A program made the position numbers and the translations under genes. A model generated the notes under the pieces. The model saw only the letters and a program-made list of their open reading frames with translations. It did no database searches and had not been told where the DNA came from. Shown piece after piece: positions 1-9,906 of a stretch of DNA of 64,000 bases (position 1 is the first letter of the stretch; each line of letters begins with the position of its first letter). The DNA is from an uncultured Acidobacteriota bacterium (GTDB lineage: Bacteria > Acidobacteriota > Terriglobia > Terriglobales > SCQP01): assembly GCA_937898755.1 (NCBI GenBank), contig CALEJU010000025.1, positions 16,000-79,999 on the forward strand, given 5' to 3'.

Positions 1-78
1 TCGAATCGTTCCAGTAACCGTCAGAATGAAGACGAACCCACTGGAATTTTTCGGCGCTGATGGCGGCAGGCAAGGTCT

Positions 79-1476
79 ATGGCTGTTTCGAGTGCAGTGA
101 GCGAGGCGAGGGGAAAACTTCGCACACGGTCCCCTTTAGCGCTCATGTTGGAGATCGGTGTGACGTGGATGCTGGACGGCGCGTTGCTGGCGCTCTCCTT
201 GTCCTTGGCCTATGGCGTCAGGAATCTCCTGGTGCTGTTGCACTGGTCGCGGGTGCCCAGCCTTCACTTGCCCTACGGCCCTTGGCTGCCGTTCATGAGT
301 TGTTGGCTGCTCTGGTTGGCGGCACTTGCCTATGAGGGAATCTATTCGCACGGACTGGCCAGCTTGGACGTCACCGATCGCATTGTGAAGGCCCTGACCG
401 GCGGTCTCCTGCTCTCCGCGGTATTGGTCTACCTGCTGCATGGCGAGGACCTCGCTCCCCGCAGCTTGTTGCTGTTCGCCTACGGGATGAACCTGGCTCT
501 ATTTACACTGCTGCGGCCAATCCTGATGCAGACTTTGGCTTGGCGGACCCGCCAAGCGCCCACGGTCGCTGTCGTTGCCGAGTTTGCCCCGCCCGCCGAC
601 GTGCTGTTCCAGCTGCGACGCGCTGGTTTTGCCGTACGTTCCAACGACAGGCGCCACCAGGAGCCCTCCGAAGACCAGGAGCCGGCGGTAGCGGTCGTGA
701 TCTGCCAGAAATCACGACGTGAGCAGCCCGATCTGTCGTATTGGGAGGGGCACTACGACGAAATTGCGATCATCGCTGCGAGTGGCGGAACTTCCTGCTT
801 GGGAGCGCGCCCCATGCATCTCGGCGGGCGGCAGATCTTTGTCATTAGCCACCCGCTGCGTCTGCCACTCAACCGCTTTGTCAAGCGCACCATGGATTTG
901 CTCGGATCGCTGACGCTGCTGGTCCTGCTGACGCCGGTACTGGTGCTGGTGGCAGCGGCCGTCAAGCTCACGTCACCCGGACCGATCCTGTTTTCCCATG
1001 GTCGTTTAGGCCGGAACGGCAAGCCGATCGGCGTGTTGAAATTTCGGACCATGGTGCTGGATGCCGAAGAGCGGCTGCAGGCCCTGCTGGAAAGTGAGCC
1101 CCACCTCCGGGCCGAATTTGAGCGCGATTTCAAGTTGAAGAGTGACCCGCGAGTAACACCCATCGGCCCCTTTCTTCGTCGCTCCAGCCTGGATGAATTG
1201 CCACAGCTTTGGAACGTGCTGCGCGGCCAGATGAGTTTGGTGGGTCCGCGCCCGATCGTCGCAGCAGAAATCCCCCTTTATGGGGACGCCTATCCCGTGG
1301 TGCGCACGGTAAAGCCGGGTATTACGGGTTTGTGGCAAACCAGTGGACGCAATAATTTGTCTTACGACTCGCGACTCACCTTCGATGTCGCCTACGTCCG
1401 GAAGTGGACCATCTGGTTGGACATTGTCTTGCTCATCCGGACACTGCAAGCCATGATCATTCCCGACACGTATTGA
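79..1476 (+). CDS. wbaP: Undecaprenyl-phosphate sugar phosphotransferase (WbaP/WcaJ family, initiating transferase)
   Basis: N-terminal TM helices; C-terminal bacterial sugar transferase motifs KRTMD, KFRTM, DPRVTPIGPFLRRSSLDELPQLWNVLRGQMSLVGPRP, KPGITGLWQTSGRN. Confidence 0.9.
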   Translation: MAVSSAVSEARGKLRTRSPLALMLEIGVTWMLDGALLALSLSLAYGVRNLLVLLHWSRVPSLHLPYGPWLPFMSCWLLWLAALAYEGIYSHGLASLDVTDRIVKALTGGLLLSAVLVYLLHGEDLAPRSLLLFAYGMNLALFTLLRPILMQTLAWRTRQAPTVAVVAEFAPPADVLFQLRRAGFAVRSNDRRHQEPSEDQEPAVAVVICQKSRREQPDLSYWEGHYDEIAIIAASGGTSCLGARPMHLGGRQIFVISHPLRLPLNRFVKRTMDLLGSLTLLVLLTPVLVLVAAAVKLTSPGPILFSHGRLGRNGKPIGVLKFRTMVLDAEERLQALLESEPHLRAEFERDFKLKSDPRVTPIGPFLRRSSLDELPQLWNVLRGQMSLVGPRPIVAAEIPLYGDAYPVVRTVKPGITGLWQTSGRNNLSYDSRLTFDVAYVRKWTIWLDIVLLIRTLQAMIIPDTY

Positions 1477-1551
1477 AGAACGTCAACCAACGGAGTGAGG
1501 CTCGTTTACGGGTCCGGGTGGTTGCTGGGCTACGCCACGGATCGCTTCCGC

Positions 1552-1671
1552 GATCTTGGCGGCGAGGGACGGCTGCCATTCGATGCCCCGGCGATCCGGG
1601 CCGATCCGAATCTGTCGACGCCGAGCTGTGTACTGGACACCTCACCCGGCAAGCACCAGGTCATCTGGAAA
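1552..1671 (+). pseudogene. Fragment resembling a RepB-family (RSF1010 RepB'-like) DNA primase
   Basis: Frame of ORF 1495-1719 reads AIRADPNLSTPSCVLDTSPGKHQVIWK, like the P-x-x-V-x-x-TSPG-x-x-Q-x-x-W primase motif (recalled, not searched); no start or remainder of the gene. Confidence 0.55.
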
Positions 1672-2180
1672 AGCGACTGCGGCCGGTGGCCACGGATAGG
1701 ACATGCGCAAGGGCTTTGAGGTGCGGGACCGGATGGAGTGCGAGCCGCGCAGCGGGCACGAGTTCGTGTTCTCGAACCGTCAGCAGAACCGGATGGAGCT
1801 GCTCTATGGGAACAGAAGCAGGCTATGGATGTGCGCCAAGCGGCTGGAGGAGGGCGGATTCCGCTGGCCGGAGGCGGGCCGGGAGGCGAAGATTGCGCGA
1901 AGCCGGGCGGAGCTGGCGCTGCTGCTGGACGGCATTGACCTGGCGCAGACCAGAAAGCGCGCCTGGTGCCGGCGGGCGGTGCCACAATAGGGCACTCAGC
2001 GACCCCGCCCTCCAACGCCGCCGCTGCCATCCCCGGGAAGATCGAGAAGCCTCGCGCGCTACTGAGCGCGATGCAGGAGGAGCTGACCAGCGTAAAGGGC
2101 GCGCGGCAGCCCTCAAAGCTGCGCATCGAGTAGCTGGTGAGAGCTTGCGACGCTCGGCGTAGCGCAGCTCTACAGCCCAA
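1672..2180 (+). mobile_element. tnpB: IS66-family remnant: degenerate tnpB plus start of tnpC
   Basis: ORF 1703-1990 MRKGFE..FVFSNR..LWMCAKRLEEGGFRWP..ELALLLDGIDL is the IS66 TnpB pattern with deletions; followed by a broken coiled-coil frame (IEKPRALLSAMQEEL..KLRIE*) like the TnpC N-terminus. Confidence 0.8.
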
Positions 2181-2375
2181 GCATGGGGGCAAGAGGCCTC
2201 AAATGCCGGCCCTTGCCCCACGCCCCATCCCCACTGAAAAAGGGGGAAGACCGGAGGTAATCTGTTGTAGTCTCATATGAACGGAAGCGGGGGGCCGGTC
2301 CCTCTTGCCGCTCGAACAATCCGTGAAGCTGTGGCTCAAATCGAGGGGCACGCTCTGTCGGAACATTTGGCATTA
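2172..2375 (+). repeat. Non-coding structured element, copy A (possible orphan IS110-family non-coding end)
   Basis: 2172-2300 aligns by eye (~80%) to the reverse complement of 44328-44457; shared exact blocks GGCAAGAGGCCTCAAAT, TCTGTTGTAGTCTCA, TGAACGGAAGCG; hairpin GGGGCAAG..CTTGCCCC. The repeat is seen directly; the IS110 assignment and the extension to ~2375 are recalled resemblance only. Confidence 0.75.
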
Positions 2376-2411
2376 ACGCTGCAAAACGCGTGAAACGAGA
2401 GAGGGAGGTCA

Positions 2412-3113
2412 GTGGTAATGGCAAATGGCTGTGAGTCACAGGCCGGAGGGCTGCCCAATCGGGGCAAACCCTGGCTTGCGGCATACACCCGTCCTCGACA
2501 TGAGCAAAAAGTTTTGCGGTATTGGCAGTCGTTCGGCTTCGATGCATTTCTTCCGACCTACAAGAGCTGGCGGAATTGGAGTGATCGCCGCAAGGTTCTC
2601 CAGCTCCCATTGTTTCCCGGCTACGTTTTTGTGCGCATCACAGAAGAAGAGCGGCAATCCGCGGTGCAAGCCCCTGGGCTTTTATGGTTTGTTCATAATG
2701 CGCGTAAAATCCTCTCCATTGACGAGCAGGAATTGCACGCAATCCGGCGTCTGCTGGACAGTGGATTCGAGTACGGACCGCTTGCCAGCGTCAGCGTAGG
2801 CGACGAGGTGGAAATAGTTTCGGGAGCAATGACCGGGCAGCGGGGGTGCCTGTTGAGCAAAGATCCTGGATCAATTGTGCTCAGGATATCGGCCATCAAC
2901 GGGTTCGTGCGCGTCAAGGTGCCAGATCCATCATGGCTCGCGCCGGTTGCTCGCCACCGTGTGCGATCACCCGCGCTCAGTCCCGCAGATCATTGCCCTG
3001 CTTCAGTACCCGTTGCGGCCGCAGTCGAGGCGGGAATTCCGATCACGTTTATTTCGCGGGCCTCAATAAATGACCAGCCAGACAACAAATCAACGCCATT
3101 CAAATCGGTCTGA
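2412..3113 (+). CDS. UpxY/RfaH-type NusG-family transcription antiterminator
   Basis: WLAAYTRPRHEQKV, PTY..W..R...LPLFPGYVFV (NGN domain), VGDEVEIVSGAMTGQRG (KOW); GGAGG RBS upstream; heads a long polysaccharide operon. Confidence 0.88.
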   Translation: MVMANGCESQAGGLPNRGKPWLAAYTRPRHEQKVLRYWQSFGFDAFLPTYKSWRNWSDRRKVLQLPLFPGYVFVRITEEERQSAVQAPGLLWFVHNARKILSIDEQELHAIRRLLDSGFEYGPLASVSVGDEVEIVSGAMTGQRGCLLSKDPGSIVLRISAINGFVRVKVPDPSWLAPVARHRVRSPALSPADHCPASVPVAAAVEAGIPITFISRASINDQPDNKSTPFKSV

Positions 3114-3251
3114 GCGCCAACGACTGAGCCTCCGTCCGGTCCATCGCAACCGCGAGCTGCAGTTGCGGATAGAAACCGACATCAGTGGCAACATTCCACC
3201 CTGGGACGGCCGTCCACTCTGATCGCACTCAGCAAAGATCTCTGACTCACC

Positions 3252-5498
3252 ATGAAGACCCTACTCCGTCAGCGCGAAGCCGATCCTGACGTCAAACTGC
3301 CGTCGGCCCGGGTTGTACCCGACATGGTGGCCTTGTCAAGCAATGGCCCAGAGCCGGAAGACTCGCTTCCGCTCTACCTCTACTGGGGGTATGTCCGCCG
3401 GTATCTGTGGCAGATCGTGACGTTGATCATGGTGGTCACCACTGCCGCCACCATCTATGCCCTGTCGCGTCCCAAGCTATACGATGCCATGGCGATGGTC
3501 CGGATCTCGCCCTTCGGAACCCACGTCACCGACGCTAACGAAACGACTCCCGCAAGTGCCATCTCGCCGACGACGTTGATTGGCACCGCCAGCGAAATGG
3601 TCATCAGCCCGGCGGTCGTCTTAAAAACCATTGACGACCTTCATCTGGATAACGAGCCCACCCTGCTCACCGCGAAGGATCGGGCCAGTCTGAGTCCCCA
3701 GAAGCAGCGGGAACTTCTTCTGCGCGAAGTCACCGAGTCGATCAACGTCGAACGCCCTCCCATGACCCTGCTCATGGAGATTCATTTCCGCGCTCGCCGA
3801 CCGGATCTGGCCGCGCGCATCGCCAACGGACTGGCCCAGTCGTTCCTGACGGTTGAATATCAGAGCCGAGTGCAGGAGATTCGCGCCAGTTCGCAATACA
3901 TGTCGGCTCAACTGGATGACCTGCGGGCCGCCATGGAGCGCGCGCAGAGGGCGCTGGTGAACTACGAAACCACGCATAACGTCATTAATCCGGATGATAA
4001 AACCAACATCTTCCAGTCGCGCCTGGCTTTCCTCAATACGGAGGTCGCGCAAGCGCAAGGGGCGCGCATGCAGGCGGAAGCGGAATACCACGTTCTGGCC
4101 AGCGGCGGATTGCCCGCCGTGCTCTCCGCCAAACTGAGCGAAACGCTCCAGCCGCTGGTGGCCCGGCTGCGGCAGGACAAACTGCGACTGGCCGACATGA
4201 GCGCCGTGTATGGACCGAATTATTTCCTGTACACGCAGCAACAGGATCGGGTGCGCAATGACGAGGAGTTGCTGGCAAAGCAGGTGCAGGGCGTCGTGGA
4301 GCAGGTTCAAAGCCGCTACCAGCAGGCCCTCCGGAATGAGCATCTTGTGCAACAGGAAATGGATCGCCAGAAGGCGGTTCTGGACGACTTCAATCTCCGT
4401 GCCATCCGTTATACCGAACTGAAGGCGGATGCCGACAGCACCTCGACGCTTTACTACGATCTCCTGCGCAAGCTCAAGGAATCGAATGTCGGTGCGGAGT
4501 TCCGCTCCGATGACATCCGCGTGGTCAATCCCGCCCTGCCCAACCCGATTCCGTCCTATCCCAACGTGCGGCTTATTTCACTGTTGGCTCTCCTCTGTTC
4601 CACGGCGCTGGGAATCGGTGGCGCGATTCTCGTGGGAACGCTCGACCGCAGCGTGGTTGACCCGGAACAACTCGCGCAATGGCTTCATCTGCCCGTGCTC
4701 GCCTCCGTGCCTCTTGCTGCCGGAGCAGCCCTCACGCTGCGACGCTCGCCCGTCCTGACCGCGGGTGCTCCGGCGGAGGAAACGGCAGGATTGCTGCCGA
4801 CCCTGGAGAAGTCCGCTACCCAGTCGTCCGTGTTCGGTGAGGCGGTGCTGTCGCTGCGATCGGCGCTGCTCTTCGGAGCGCCCGAAAATATGACCGTCCT
4901 CGCGGTCAGCAGTTCCGTGCCCGGCGAAGGCAAGAGCACCCTCGCGGCCCACCTCTCCATTGCCTTTGCCGATATGGGTAATCGAACGGTTCTGGTCGAC
5001 GCCGATATGCGCCGACCCAACGTCCACCGGCTCTTTGGTGTCACCAACCGGGCAGGGTTGGCGAGCGTACTTCGCGGCCGTTGTCCCCTGGACGAGGCCC
5101 TGGTCTCGGTTGCCGGGCGTCCTAACCTGTGGATCCTGCCCGCCGGCACCGCCACCGGCGACACGACGGAATTGCTTTTACTCGGTCTCGCCGATGTCTT
5201 GGACGGGTTGCGAAGCCGCTTCAGCCTGGTGCTGATTGACTGTCCGCCGGTGCTGGGATTCGCGGACAGCCCCGCCGTGGCGAATGCTGCCGACGCCACC
5301 CTCATGGTGGTACACGCGGGCAAGACCGATCGCAACGTTCTGAAAGCGGCCGTCGCCGCGCTCCGGCACGCCCGCGCGCAGATTGTCGGCATCGCTCTCA
5401 ATCAGGTCGACCACAAACTCAGCAATTACTACGGATATTATCGCAACTACGCCAAGTCCGGGTATTACGCCGCGACTCCGGACGACGCCAATGATTAA
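3252..5498 (+). CDS. wzc: Polysaccharide co-polymerase / BY-kinase (Wzc, GumC-type)
   Basis: Two TM segments flanking a coiled-coil region; Walker A SSVPGEGKST, LVDADMRRP, LIDCPP; C-terminal Tyr cluster YYGYYRNYAKSGYY. Confidence 0.93.
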   Translation: MKTLLRQREADPDVKLPSARVVPDMVALSSNGPEPEDSLPLYLYWGYVRRYLWQIVTLIMVVTTAATIYALSRPKLYDAMAMVRISPFGTHVTDANETTPASAISPTTLIGTASEMVISPAVVLKTIDDLHLDNEPTLLTAKDRASLSPQKQRELLLREVTESINVERPPMTLLMEIHFRARRPDLAARIANGLAQSFLTVEYQSRVQEIRASSQYMSAQLDDLRAAMERAQRALVNYETTHNVINPDDKTNIFQSRLAFLNTEVAQAQGARMQAEAEYHVLASGGLPAVLSAKLSETLQPLVARLRQDKLRLADMSAVYGPNYFLYTQQQDRVRNDEELLAKQVQGVVEQVQSRYQQALRNEHLVQQEMDRQKAVLDDFNLRAIRYTELKADADSTSTLYYDLLRKLKESNVGAEFRSDDIRVVNPALPNPIPSYPNVRLISLLALLCSTALGIGGAILVGTLDRSVVDPEQLAQWLHLPVLASVPLAAGAALTLRRSPVLTAGAPAEETAGLLPTLEKSATQSSVFGEAVLSLRSALLFGAPENMTVLAVSSSVPGEGKSTLAAHLSIAFADMGNRTVLVDADMRRPNVHRLFGVTNRAGLASVLRGRCPLDEALVSVAGRPNLWILPAGTATGDTTELLLLGLADVLDGLRSRFSLVLIDCPPVLGFADSPAVANAADATLMVVHAGKTDRNVLKAAVAALRHARAQIVGIALNQVDHKLSNYYGYYRNYAKSGYYAATPDDAND

Positions 5499-5576
5499 CC
5501 TGGCGGCCGGGCGCCACTCCCGGCAATGCGCCGCGATCGCCGACCTGGAGCGGCTTGGCCGCGAAGGATGGGTGTC

Positions 5577-6566
5577 ATGAAATCACTGAAGGCCGCACTT
5601 TTGCTGCTACTCCTGCTTGCCGTGTCGAGCCTGTCGGTCAGGGGACAAAGCGCACCGCTTGCTGACGAACGGGACGCGATTCCGTTCACAACGTCGGGTG
5701 ATTTGCAGCCGGCTCAGATAACGCCGGCGGCCCCCGCGTCTTACGCCATCGGCCCCGGAGATTTGCTCGCGATCTATGTGCTCCAAATGCCGGAGATGAA
5801 TCGCCAGATTCGGGTCAGCGCCGGCGGCGCCATCTCCTTGCCCTTCATCGCCAAGCCCTTTGACGTCAACGGTAAAACCGCCGATGCGGTGGCCAGCGAC
5901 ATCGAAGGGAGGCTGGTGGCCGACGGGATCGCGCGCCACCCAGCCGTGGAAGTAACCGTCCGCGACGTCGAAAGCCGCCCGATTACCGTGGCCGGCGCCG
6001 TCAATCAGCCCAGGGTCATCCAGGCATATCGGCCGTTTACGCTCATGGAAGTCATCGCCCGCGCGGGCGGCCCGAGCAAGTTGGCCAGCGACAAGATTCT
6101 CCTCAGCCAACCCGAACAGGGGGGATTGCAGACACGGGTTCTCAGCCTGAACGCACTCATGCAGGGGACCGATCCCGCCGTTAACCCCCTCCTGGAAGGT
6201 GGAGAGGAGATCAGACTTCTGCCTGCGGTGCCGGTCTACGCTACCGGGGCGTTGCATCGTCCCGGCGCCTTTCTGCCGCAGTCCGGCGAAGCCATCACCG
6301 TCCTGCGCGTCATTGCCATGGCCGAGGGGATGCAAGAGCCGTCGGACAAGCAGCATGCCGAAATCATTCGCCGCAGCACCGGTCATTTGCAGCAGATCCC
6401 CATCAATCTGGAAGCCATCCTGCACCACAAGGCCGAAGATGTTGAACTCCAACCCGGGGACATCCTCTATGTGCCCGTGAATCATCGCCGCAGCGCTTTG
6501 AATCAGATCCTCTCGGATGCCGGCTCCGCCGCCGTGATCGCCATTGGATATGGCGTGACCAGATAA
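5577..6566 (+). CDS. wza: Polysaccharide export protein with SLBB domains (Wza-like)
   Basis: Signal peptide; YAIGPGDLLAIYV, RVSAGGAISLPFI, VAGAVNQP, LQPGDILYVP; start moved to ATG 5577 after AAGGA. Confidence 0.88.
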   Translation: MKSLKAALLLLLLLAVSSLSVRGQSAPLADERDAIPFTTSGDLQPAQITPAAPASYAIGPGDLLAIYVLQMPEMNRQIRVSAGGAISLPFIAKPFDVNGKTADAVASDIEGRLVADGIARHPAVEVTVRDVESRPITVAGAVNQPRVIQAYRPFTLMEVIARAGGPSKLASDKILLSQPEQGGLQTRVLSLNALMQGTDPAVNPLLEGGEEIRLLPAVPVYATGALHRPGAFLPQSGEAITVLRVIAMAEGMQEPSDKQHAEIIRRSTGHLQQIPINLEAILHHKAEDVELQPGDILYVPVNHRRSALNQILSDAGSAAVIAIGYGVTR

Positions 6567-6649
6567 CCTGAGAACGCCATCGTTCCAAGCCGGATCGACG
6601 CTGGGGCGATCAACACGGACGACAGAATTCGTTAATCGAGAGACTGAGC

Positions 6650-7834
6650 ATGCCGATCCTTCCCTTTCAGTTCAAGCTCAACACGGATCTTCGATTTGGC
6701 GTCGGCGCCCTGGCCCGCTTGCCGGAGTGGCTCGAACAGGCGGGTTGGCGCCGCCTCGCCTTGGTGATCGATGGGGGCGTCAGCCGCCATCCGCGGTGGC
6801 AGGCGATGGCCACCGAGTTGCAGCAGAGATTCACCATCGTCGCTCAACTGGAAACCAACGTCACCGAGCCCACCTATGACTACCTGGATGAGATTCGGAC
6901 CCGGTTCATGGGGCGGCCGATAGATGCTTTCATCGCCATCGGCGGCGGCAGCGTTCTGGATCTCGCAAAGGCGCTGTCCCTGCTGGTCACCAATGAGTTG
7001 CCGGCAATTCAATACCGCGGATTTGACCTTCCGCAAGTTCCGGGGCCGCCGCTCGTCGTCATTCCCACCACTGCCGGCACCGGTAGCGAGGTCACACCCA
7101 ACGCCGTTCTTACCGATTCACGCGAACAGCGCAAGTTTGGTATCAACACCACACTTTACCTGCCCCGCTTTTGTCTGCTTGATCCGGAGTTGACGCAATC
7201 CTGTCCGCGTTCGGTGACCGTCTCTTCCGGCATGGACGCCTTGGTTCACACGCACGAGAGTTTCGTTTCCAGGAAGGCGACGCCGATCAGCCGGATGTAT
7301 TCGTTGGAGGCATTCGGGCTGATTTTCAACTCTCTGGCCACCGCGGTCGAAGAGCCCGACGACCTTGATGCGAGAAGTCAGATGTTGCTGGGAAGTTACC
7401 TGGCGGGTACGGCGCTCTTCAACTCCAGCGCCGGACCGGCGGGCGCACTCTCCTATCCGCTGGGGGTTCACTATAAGGTGCCCCATGGGTTGGCGGGAGC
7501 CGTCTTTCTCCCGCACATCGTCCAGCACAACGTGGACCGCGGCTATGGGCAATACAAGGAGCTTTACGACCGTATCCAGGGCGCCGAAGCGGTGCATGAT
7601 CCGGTCGAAGCCAGCCGGCGCTTCTGTGCCCGCTTGTGGGAACTTTGCCGGCGCATCGGGGTGCCGTCAAGCCTGGAACAATTTGCCTTTCGGCGGGCCG
7701 ATCTGGATTCCTTCCTGGAGCAGGCGCAAAAGCTCCAAGCCGCGTTCGAAATGAATCCAGTGCCCTTCGGAGTGGAAGACGCGAAGCGGATTCTTGATCA
7801 GATGACGGAAGGGTTGGCCGTTCAGAAAGCATAG
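6650..7834 (+). CDS. Iron-containing alcohol dehydrogenase family sugar oxidase (KdnB-like)
   Basis: GGGSVLDLAK, PTTAGTGSE, DALVH, VPHG motifs; directly upstream of a KdnA-like gene. Confidence 0.85.
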   Translation: MPILPFQFKLNTDLRFGVGALARLPEWLEQAGWRRLALVIDGGVSRHPRWQAMATELQQRFTIVAQLETNVTEPTYDYLDEIRTRFMGRPIDAFIAIGGGSVLDLAKALSLLVTNELPAIQYRGFDLPQVPGPPLVVIPTTAGTGSEVTPNAVLTDSREQRKFGINTTLYLPRFCLLDPELTQSCPRSVTVSSGMDALVHTHESFVSRKATPISRMYSLEAFGLIFNSLATAVEEPDDLDARSQMLLGSYLAGTALFNSSAGPAGALSYPLGVHYKVPHGLAGAVFLPHIVQHNVDRGYGQYKELYDRIQGAEAVHDPVEASRRFCARLWELCRRIGVPSSLEQFAFRRADLDSFLEQAQKLQAAFEMNPVPFGVEDAKRILDQMTEGLAVQKA

Positions 7835-7842
7835 AGGACAAC

Positions 7843-9048
7843 ATGCCAGGTTGGGAAATCATCGACGAGCAAGAGCGGGCTGCGGTCAACGCGGTCTTCG
7901 ATAATGGTGCAGTCCTGTTCCGGCAGAGCTTTGCCGCACTCCGCAACAACATCTACAAGGTGAAGGAATTCGAACAGGCGTTTGCCGCCTACACCGGCGC
8001 AAACCACGCACAGGCCGTCACCTCCGGTACGGCGGCCGTCAAAGTCGCCCTGAAGGCGCTCGAGATCGGACCGGGCGACGAGGTCATCACTCAGAGCCAT
8101 ACCTTTGTGGCCACGGTCGAGGCGATTCTGGAATGCGGCGCCATTCCGGTGATTGCCAACATCGACGAGACCTTGAATCTCGACCCCGAGGATTTGCTGC
8201 GCAAGATCACTCCACGCACCCGGGCGGTCATTCCGGTTCACATGCTGGGGGTAGCGGCGCGCATGGACCGGGTTCTGGAGATCGCCCGCCGTCACGGCTT
8301 GTACGTCGTGGAAGACACCGCCCAGGCCTGTGGGGGAACTTGGCAGGGCAGGAAACTTGGAACGCTCGGCGATGCCGGCACGTTCAGCTTTGACCATGGG
8401 AAGTTTCTGACCACCGGCGAAGGCGGCATGGTGGTGAGCAATGATCCCCAGGTCGCTTTTCGGGCCAAGTGCTATACCGATCACGGCCACGAGGATAATC
8501 CCGCGTTTCCGCGGGGTGAGGACACCCGGTCACGCCCGGGATTCAACTACCGGATGATGGAGTTACAGGGCGCCATCGGCGTGGTGCAGCTCGGCAAGCT
8601 GCCGGGTTCACTGGACCGCCATCGTGCCAACAAGCGCGCGCTCCGCGCCGCGCTGGACGCCCACGTCTCCGCCCCCCTGGTCTATCGCACGGTGACCGAT
8701 CCGGACGGCGATACCGGCGATGCGCTCGTCTTTTTCTTGGAGACGGCCGAGCGCGCCCGCGCCGTGGCGCGGACCCTGCAAGGGCGCGGGATCGGCTTCA
8801 AAAACCTACCCGACGCCCTGAACTGGCATTTCGCCGGGACGTGGGACCATCTGCTGGCTGACACCCCTGCATTGCATGGGGCCACGCTCGCCCAGCACTG
8901 CGAGCCCAGTGAACGTATTCTGCGCCGCGCCATCGCACTGCCCATTTTTTACAAGATGGACGACGCCCGATTCGCCCAGATCGCGACCGAAGTGGAAGGC
9001 GCATTGCGACAAACCCGCGAAAAGAGCGCAACTTTTTCCGTGCGGTGA
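7843..9048 (+). CDS. DegT/DnrJ aminotransferase, KdnA-like (Kdo C8 transaminase type)
   Basis: MPGWE N-terminus, SGTAA, PGDEVI, SFDHGKFLTTGEGG (PLP Lys), DHGH; resembles Shewanella KdnA as recalled. Confidence 0.82.
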   Translation: MPGWEIIDEQERAAVNAVFDNGAVLFRQSFAALRNNIYKVKEFEQAFAAYTGANHAQAVTSGTAAVKVALKALEIGPGDEVITQSHTFVATVEAILECGAIPVIANIDETLNLDPEDLLRKITPRTRAVIPVHMLGVAARMDRVLEIARRHGLYVVEDTAQACGGTWQGRKLGTLGDAGTFSFDHGKFLTTGEGGMVVSNDPQVAFRAKCYTDHGHEDNPAFPRGEDTRSRPGFNYRMMELQGAIGVVQLGKLPGSLDRHRANKRALRAALDAHVSAPLVYRTVTDPDGDTGDALVFFLETAERARAVARTLQGRGIGFKNLPDALNWHFAGTWDHLLADTPALHGATLAQHCEPSERILRRAIALPIFYKMDDARFAQIATEVEGALRQTREKSATFSVR

Positions 9049-9084
9049 GGTTTATGTTCCGCAGAGCTGGAACCGGCCGCCCGT

Positions 9085-9906
9085 GTGCCCAGCGCTAGGG
9101 GACATTCAGTGGATGCCATCCTGCAAGTCAGAATGAGCTCAAGTCGTCTGCCCGGCAAGGCGCTCCTGCCGGTGCTGGGACGGCCGCTCCTGTGGTACAA
9201 CATCGAACGCATCCGGTTGTCCCGGATGATCGATCGGGTGGTTGTGGCGACCAGCACCGACCCCGCCGACGATGTCATTACCGCCGCCTGTGAGGGATGG
9301 GGAACGCCAGTGTTCCGCGGCAGCCTGAACGACGTTCTGGACCGCATCTACGGTTGCGCCCGCCATTTCGAGATGGACGTCTTCGCCAAATTCACCGCCG
9401 ACAACCCGCTCATCGACCCCTGCGTCATCGACGCGGTGATCGCCGGCTTCCGCAGCAACCCCGCGCCGCTTGACTATTACAGCAACAATCACCCGCCAAC
9501 CTGGCCCGACGGCCAGGAAATCGAAGTCATCCGGACTGCGGCCTTGGAGAGCGCATGGCGGGAATCGCAAGAGGCTTTCCAGCGGGAGCACGTTACGGTC
9601 TGGTTGTGGGATCAGCCGCAGCGATTTCGCGTCGGCAACCTTGCGCGCAGCAACAACGCCTGGTACCAGCGCTATCGCTGGACGCTGGACTTTCCCGAGG
9701 ATTACGTACTAATCCGTCGCATTTTTGAAGAGCTTTACCCCGCTCAGCCGGCTTTTGGCACCACCCAGATCATGGCCCTGATCGATCGCAAGCCGGAGCT
9801 GGCCGAATTGAATCGAAGGCACAAGGGCGACGTTTGGTATCGCCACCACCGGGATTCGTTGCAAACCGTGGCTAAGGAAATGACCCTCGAAAGTTCGCGC
9901 CCATGA
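9085..9906 (+). CDS. SpsF-like cytidylyltransferase (CMP-ulosonate synthetase type)
   Basis: AILQVRMSSSRLPGKAL, VVVATS, FRGSLNDVLDR, TADNPLID, RWTLDFPED; start may be GTG 9109. Confidence 0.82.
   Translation: MPSARGHSVDAILQVRMSSSRLPGKALLPVLGRPLLWYNIERIRLSRMIDRVVVATSTDPADDVITAACEGWGTPVFRGSLNDVLDRIYGCARHFEMDVFAKFTADNPLIDPCVIDAVIAGFRSNPAPLDYYSNNHPPTWPDGQEIEVIRTAALESAWRESQEAFQREHVTVWLWDQPQRFRVGNLARSNNAWYQRYRWTLDFPEDYVLIRRIFEELYPAQPAFGTTQIMALIDRKPELAELNRRHKGDVWYRHHRDSLQTVAKEMTLESSRP

Noticed and set aside
684-691. GGCGGTAG, identical to the ops core
   Set aside because: It lies mid-CDS in wbaP, not in a leader; an 8-mer like this is expected by chance in GC-rich DNA.
1404-1476. Possible truncation of wbaP by the downstream debris
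   Set aside because: The protein ends ..IIPDTY*, matching the usual ..GAY terminus position, so it appears complete.
2328-2335. GCTGTGGC inside copy A matches the flank of copy B (44453-44460), like a guide
   Set aside because: Only 8 nt, plausible by chance; needs more copies before it can count as evidence.
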